A stretch of 64,000 nt of DNA, from contig NIVC01001711.1 of the NCBI GenBank assembly GCA_002269645.1, positions 1-64,000 on the forward strand. The letters are read 5' to 3'. A program made the position numbers and the translations under genes. Source of the DNA: Macrostomum lignano (Eukaryota). Shown here piece after piece: positions 57,601-64,000 of the stretch (positions are counted from its first letter, which is position 1; each line of letters begins with the position of its first letter). Below the pieces are notes generated by a model that saw only the letters and a list, made by a program, of their open reading frames with translations, was not told the DNA's origin and made no database searches.

Positions 57601-60600
57601 GGCGGAATGGGCAGCAATGCCTCTTGCCAGTTGTGACAATATTGCTTAAAGTGCACCAGGGTGCCCACAGCTTAAATGCCATTTGAAATCTTTACAAAAA
57701 CTCAAATTAACAATTTATCTATAATTTAGTTTCTTCCATGGCCAAATGGACCAGCTGGCGGCTGACGAGTTGCTAAATCAGTATGAGCCCGACAACTATT
57801 ACCTAGTTCGAGAGAGGGTCATCACTGAGTCATCTGAGAAACCTGATGAGCAGTTCTGTATATCTTTGCATACCAGAGTGAATGGCCAGCCAAAGAAAGT
57901 TCATTTTAGGTAAGTTAATTAAATATTAATCTTAAAATCACCTGAAAATTCTTTTAGTCTATCTTGTTGCTGTCATTTTGCAATGCCATTGGATCTATCT
58001 TGCTGTCATTTTGCAATGCCATTGGATCTATCTTGTTGCCATTTTGCAATGCCATTGGATCTATCTTGTTGCCATTTTGCAATGCCATTGGATCTATCTT
58101 GTTGCCATTTTGCAATGCCATTGGATTTATCTTGCTGTCATTTTGCAATGCCATTGGATCTATCTTGCTGTCATTTTGCAATGCCATTGGATTTATCTTG
58201 CTGTCATTTTGCAATGCCATTGGATCTATCTTGCTGTCATTTTGCAATTCCATTGGATCTATCTTGCTGTCATTTTGCAATGCCATTGGATCTATCTTGC
58301 TGTCATTTTGCACTGCCATTGGATTTATATTGCTGTCATTTTGCAATGCCATTGGATTTATCTTGCTGTCATTTTGCAATGCCATTGGATCTATCCTTCT
58401 GCCATTTTGCACTGCCATTGGATTTATCTTGCTGTCATTTTGCAATGCCATTGGATTTATATTGCTGTCATTTTGCAATGCCATTGGATCTATCTTGTTG
58501 CCATTTTGCAATGCCATTGGATTTATCTTGCTGTCATTTTGCAATGCCATTGGATCTATCTTGCTGTCATTTTGCAATTCCATTGGATCTATCCTTCTGC
58601 CATTTTGCAATGCCATTGGATTTATCTTGCTGTCATTTTGCAATGCCATTGGATCTATCTTGCTGTCATTTTGCAATGCCATTGGATTTATCTTGCTGTC
58701 ATTTTGCAATGCCATTGGATCTATCTTGCTGTCATTTTGCAATTCCATTGGATCTATCTTGCTGTCATTTTGCAATGCCATTGGATCTATCTTGCTGTCA
58801 TTTTGCACTGCCATTGGATTTATATTGCTGTCATTTTGCAATGCCATTGGATTTATCTTGCTGTCATTTTGCAATGCCATTGGATCTATCCTTCTGCCAT
58901 TTTGCACTGCCATTGGATTTATCTTGCTGTCATTTTGCAATGCCATTGGATTTATATTGCTGTCATTTTGCACTGCCATTGGATTTATCTTGCTGTCATT
59001 TTGCAATTCCATTGGATCTATCTTGCTGTCATTTTGCAATGCCATTGGATTTATCTTGCTGTCATTTTGCAATTCCATTGGATTTATCTTGCTGTCATTT
59101 TGCAATGCCATTGAATCTATCTTGCTGTCATTTTGCACTGCCATTGGATTTATATTGCTGTCATTTTGCAATGCCATTGGATTTATCTTGCTGTCATTTT
59201 GCAATGCCATTGGATCTATCTTGCTGTCATTTTGCAATGCCATTGGATCTATCCTTCTGTCATTTTGCAATGCCTGAGAGTGCAGAATGGGCATGAATGC
59301 TAGCTAGGAGGAGACTGCATTTGAGCATTGTGAGCAACAGGCAAATCTAGCACTGATGATGATACGGTAGCCTATTTTTAGCATAATTTATTACTCTGCC
59401 CAGTTTAGAAAAATATAAATAAGTTTTACTGGAATCCCCGCTCTCCTCGCTGTACATTTACCGTTTCGTCACTTTCTAATCCTGGGCTTTTTTGTTCCTT
59501 GTTATTGTAATGAAGGCATCAAATATCCAGATATTATCGAGTAAAGCTAGGCTAATTCCTATCAAATTTGCCTTGCCAGAATACGACAATCCTACGACCT
59601 GTGTGTTATTGGCGGTCTGGTGTTTCACTCGCTGTCTGAGCTGGTCACCTACTATACTCAGGTAATGATTTGATACTTTTGTGCTTGGTCTATTCATCAG
59701 TATTCTGTGTTCTTGAATTCTAACTACCTTCATTGCTTACTGAGTCCTCTGTCTGTCTACCTCCCAGCTCTCGCCTCTCTCCCTCTAGCGCCCTGTTGGC
59801 CTCCCAGCACCATGTCTGCATTTCACTTCTCAGCTCTCTACCTCCCAGCTGTCACTTCTGCCTCCCAGCTCTCCCCTACCTCTCAGCTCTCCCCTACCTC
59901 TCAGCTCTCCTCTGCCTCTCAGCTCTCCCCTACCTCTCAGCTCTCCTCTGCCTCTCAGCTCTCCCCTACCTCTCAGCTCTCCTCTGCCTCTCAGCTCTCC
60001 TCTGCCTCTCAGCTCTCCCCTACCTCTCAGCTCTCCCCTACCTCTAAGCTCTCCTCTGCCTCTCAGCTCTCCCCTACCTCCCAGCTCTCCCCTACCTCCC
60101 AGCTCTCCCCCACCTCTCAGCTTTCCCCTACCTCCCAGCTCAACCTCAACCTTTACCTCATAGCTCTCCTTATCTTCATCTCACCCTCTACATCCCATCT
60201 CACCCTCTACATCCCGTCTCACCCTCTACCTCCTAGCTCTCTCTACCTCCCATCTCACACTACCTCCCATCTCACCCTCTACCTCCCATCTCACACTACC
60301 TCCCATCTCACCCTCTACCTCCCAGTTCTTCATGTCTACATTTCACATCTCACTCTCTACCTCTCAGCTCAGTTATACCTGTAACTCGCTCACGCCACAA
60401 AACTTTGCCAGGTGGAAATCTACCCAGGCGGCCGGCTGGAGCACCCGATCCGGCCGAAGCACAGCTGTCCAAGCAATCGCTGCGTGATGGCCATCATGAA
60501 CTATACGAAATCGGCTGGCACTGACGAGCTGTCGCTGACTGCTGGTGACGTGTGCCAGGTGCAGCACAAGAACCAAGACGGCTGGATGTGGGTGGCGCAT

Positions 60601-60651
60601 GTCAAATCTGCTCAGAGCGGTTGGGTCTACGATGGAATGGTTGAGGACCTG
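45658..60651 (+). CDS. RASA1: p120 RasGAP-like protein, N-terminal SH2-SH3 exons (partial; no later exons identified in the window)
   Basis: Exons 45658-45719, 57730-57909, 59580-59661 and 60412-60651 are phase-consistent (188 codons): FFHGQMD...YYLVRE...VHFRI...IGGLVFHSLSELVTYYTQ (SH2), then AIMNYTKSAGTDELSL...DGWMWV...VEDL (SH3), collinear with the RASA1 N-SH2/SH3. Exon 1 is less certain than exons 2-4. Confidence 0.82.
46354..47431. mobile_element. Mutator-like MITE with 9-bp TSD ATTCAGACA
   Basis: About 55-bp TIRs (CTCCCTAAAACACGCCCCGC...); TSD at 46345-46353 and 47432-47440; the empty site is present once in the opposite foldback arm (about 49488-49496). The superfamily is inferred from the 9-bp TSD. 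Confidence 0.8.
46719..47416. mobile_element. 698-bp MITE with 259-bp TIRs and 8-bp TSD GTTTTAGG (P-superfamily-like CAAGG termini)
   Basis: 46719-46977 and 47158-47416 are inverted with about 5 mismatches; perfect TSD at 46711-46718 and 47417-47424. Confidence 0.9.
49651..51707. mobile_element. Non-autonomous DNA transposon, 19-bp TIR CCATAGTCA[A/G]GAAGGTGGC, 8-bp TSD GTTTTGTA
   Basis: TIRs at 49651-49669 and 51689-51707; TSD at 49643-49650 and 51708-51715; TGTGCGCC subterminal repeats at both ends. hAT or P superfamily. Confidence 0.88.
49832..51339. mobile_element. Nested element, TIR GGGCATTTCCGCCAA, 4-bp TSD ACAT (Sola-like, inferred)
   Basis: Perfect 15-bp TIR at 49832-49846 and 51325-51339; ACAT on both sides; AT-rich interior without a transposase ORF. 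Confidence 0.7.
53065..53660 (-). pseudogene. Degenerate Gag-like ORF fragments
   Basis: Frameshifted coding-like text (MANNNATG..., LWLEEVIAFW..., VEDYLQQWPRQLRPALALLLAL) next to the integrase remnant. The identity is inferred, not matched. Confidence 0.35.
54727..54950. repeat. 41-bp tandem repeat (GCATAAGGAAAAGTACAAAACTGATTGCTTTTGACCCTCAA) x about 5.5
   Basis: Read directly; lies downstream of the integrase stop on the minus strand. Confidence 0.9.
55192..55915 (-). pseudogene. Ty3/Gypsy integrase remnant
   Basis: GNKYILTYVNTMSKYPFAFAM...IHSDQGKQF (first two DDE positions, the first D read as N), an internal deletion, then a GPY/F-type C-terminus (LQPGDLV...KFHQPYKSMYKV...AYLI*...VHHNNII) with stops. 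Confidence 0.8.
57958..59273. repeat. 33-bp minisatellite (ATCTTGCTGTCATTTTGCAATGCCATTGGAT[C/T]T)n, about 40 copies
   Basis: Fills most of intron 57910-59579. Confidence 0.98.
59860..60365. repeat. 18-bp (CTCAGCTCTCCCCTACCT)n followed by degenerate CT-rich repeats
   Basis: Read directly; intron 59662-60411. Confidence 0.88.
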
Positions 60652-60694
60652 GTGAGTGTTGCTATGGTCATAGGGAGCTATGCTTTCATCCCGG

Positions 60695-61527
60695 ATCCCC
60701 TGAGGCCGAGGCTCTAGCGGTGGTCCCTGAATCCCTGAGGCTGAGGGATAGCGGTGGTCCCTGAATCCCTGAGGCTGAGGGGATAGCGGTGGTCCCTGAA
60801 TCCCTGAGGCTGAGGGGATAGCGGTGGTCCCTGAATCCCTGAGGCTGAGGGGCTAGCGGTGGTCCCTGAATCCCTGAGGCTGAGGGATAGCGGTGGTCCC
60901 TGAATCCCTGAGGCTGAGGGGCTAGCGGTGGTCCCTGAATCCCTGAGGCTGAGGGGCTAGCGGTGGTCCCTGAATCCCTGAGGCTGAGGGGATAGCGGTG
61001 ATCCCTGAATCCCTGAGGCCGAGGCTCTAGCGGTGGTCCCTGAATCCCTGAGGCTGAGGGGCTAGCGGTGGTCCCTGAATCCCTGAGGCTGAGGGGATAG
61101 CGGTGGTCCCTGAATCCCTGAGGCTGAGGGGATAGCGGTGGTCCCTGAATCCCTGAGGCTGAGGGGCTAGCGGTGGTCCCTGAATCCCTGAGGCTGAGGG
61201 GATAGCGGTGGTCCCTGAATCCCTGAGGCTGAGGGGCTAGCGGTGGTCCCTGAATCCCTGAGGCTGAGGGGCTAGCGGTGGTCCCTGAATCCCTGAGGCT
61301 GAGGGGATAGCGGTGATCCCTGAATCCCTGAGGCTGAGGGGCTAGCGGTGCTCCCTGAATCCCTGAGGCTGAGGGGCTAGCGGTGGTCCCTGAATCCCTG
61401 AGGCTGAGGGGATAGCGGTGGTCCCTGAATCCCTGAGGCTGAGGGGACAGCGGTGGTCCCTGAATCCCTGAGGCTGAGGGGCTAGCGGTGGTCCCTGAAT
61501 CCCTGAGGCTGAGGGGATAGCGGTGGG
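60695..61527. repeat. 35/36-bp minisatellite (GCGGTGGTCCCTGAATCCCTGAGGCTGAGGG[G][A/C]TA)n
   Basis: About 23 copies starting about 40 nt after the donor at 60652. Confidence 0.96.
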
Positions 61528-62007
61528 TCCCAGAATAACACAGGAAACTGATACACTAAATGGAGGGAGTAGCGGTTGCCCCTTCATTTCTAATGTTAAG
61601 TCTATCGTTAGGCGACAATTGAACTTCAGGTAGCAGTTATGAATGATTGTTGCACCATCATCTGCTAAACATACTGAGGTGTAAATGTTGTGTTCCATTT
61701 TTGTGTTGACGAGTCTTCATGCCAGTCAAAAGTTAGCAGTCTGGAGACAATTTAAAGAGTGCGTACGACTATGCAGTGCTTTGTTTCGGTGCGCGTGCAC
61801 CAGTTCTCTGTTTGACTCCGAGTCTCCGGTTTAATAGCTTCTTAGCCTGTACGCTCGCTCGTAGGCTGGGGGCTGGGGTGCAAGGCAGTGGCGCTGGGGC
61901 CGCTGCGAAGCATGAACATTTCTCAGTGCCTCCCGTGATCTTTTATTTATCAGATTTTCTCCAATGGTGTCGCTTTGTTTACTCACCGCTTCGGTGACCA
62001 AATTAAA

Positions 62008-63300
<1,293 letters not shown>

Positions 63301-63667
63301 AAGGTCACCCTGTACTTAGCCGGTAGAGACCGCCTGTCCGCTGCCTCCCTCACTATTTTACAGCTAACTCTTACTCAGCCTCTGATTGGTTGTCAAAACA
63401 GCGGGCCTGGAGGTTTCCCAGTTCTCCCCTCATCCCACAATGATAATTTCATTCAGGCGCATCCAGGACCCTGGGAATGACAACAGTGTCGCATCTTTTA
63501 TATAACAGATGACTCTGTTTACTTATTAAACGCTTCTGGCAACATCGAATGCCGGTAACATTAAGATTTTTTCTTTAAGTGTGAAACTTATCACATGACT
63601 GGCACACATCATGCTTCATCGGTGTGTAAGTTTCTTAAATATTTAATTGTTAACATTTCCAACAGCT

Positions 63668-64000
63668 GTGACTCACTGAATGATCATCAAGGAATATCAG
63701 CTCAGTGACAATGACTCACTGAATGATCATCAATGAATATCAGCTCAGTGACAATGACTCACTGAATAATCATCAAGGAATATCAGCTCAGTGACAATGA
63801 CTCACTGAATGATCATCAAGGAATATCAGCTCAGTGACAATGACTCACTGAATGATCATCAATGAATATCAGCTCAGTGACTCACTGAATGATCATCAAG
63901 GAATATCAGCTCAGTGACAATGACTCACTGAATGATCATCAAGGAATATCAGCTCAGTGACAATGACTCACTGAATGATCATCAATGAATATCAGCTCAG
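63668..64000. repeat. 43-bp minisatellite with an internal palindrome (truncated by the window end)
   Basis: ATCAGCTCAGTGACAATGACTCACTGAATGATCATCAA[G/T]GAAT, about 8 copies. Confidence 0.93.

Overview
Eukaryotic (metazoan) genomic DNA: GC-rich exons, GT-AG introns, and about 40% micro/minisatellite by eye. The style suggests a free-living flatworm such as Macrostomum lignano, but that is inference only. (1) 950-6864 (+): a full-length non-LTR retrotransposon (ORF1; APE-RT-RNase H-CCHC ORF2; I group, probably LOA clade) with a perfect 12-bp TSD and only two apparent 1-nt frameshifts, both in G-runs. (2) 9061-17486 (-): a multi-exon gene for a Pro-rich protein with a C-terminal EF-hand-like domain. 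(3) 22664-41505 (-): a 9-exon, 1190-aa NMDA receptor GluN3-like subunit with a divergent ligand-binding domain and a probable GC-AG intron. (4) 45658 onward (+): the SH2-SH3 N-terminus of a p120 RasGAP (RASA1)-like gene, head-to-head with the receptor gene. Its 12-kb first intron holds a four-level nest of non-autonomous DNA transposons with internally verifiable TSDs, a second two-level nest, and a 4-kb block of Ty3/Gypsy fragments flanked by 43-bp direct repeats that also carries a degenerate copy of the host first exon. Almost every large intron carries its own satellite array, often starting within about 5-50 nt of a splice site. No rRNA, complete tRNA, CRISPR array or ribozyme core was found. 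All gene models were built by hand from splice signals and reading-frame phase; no database search was run.
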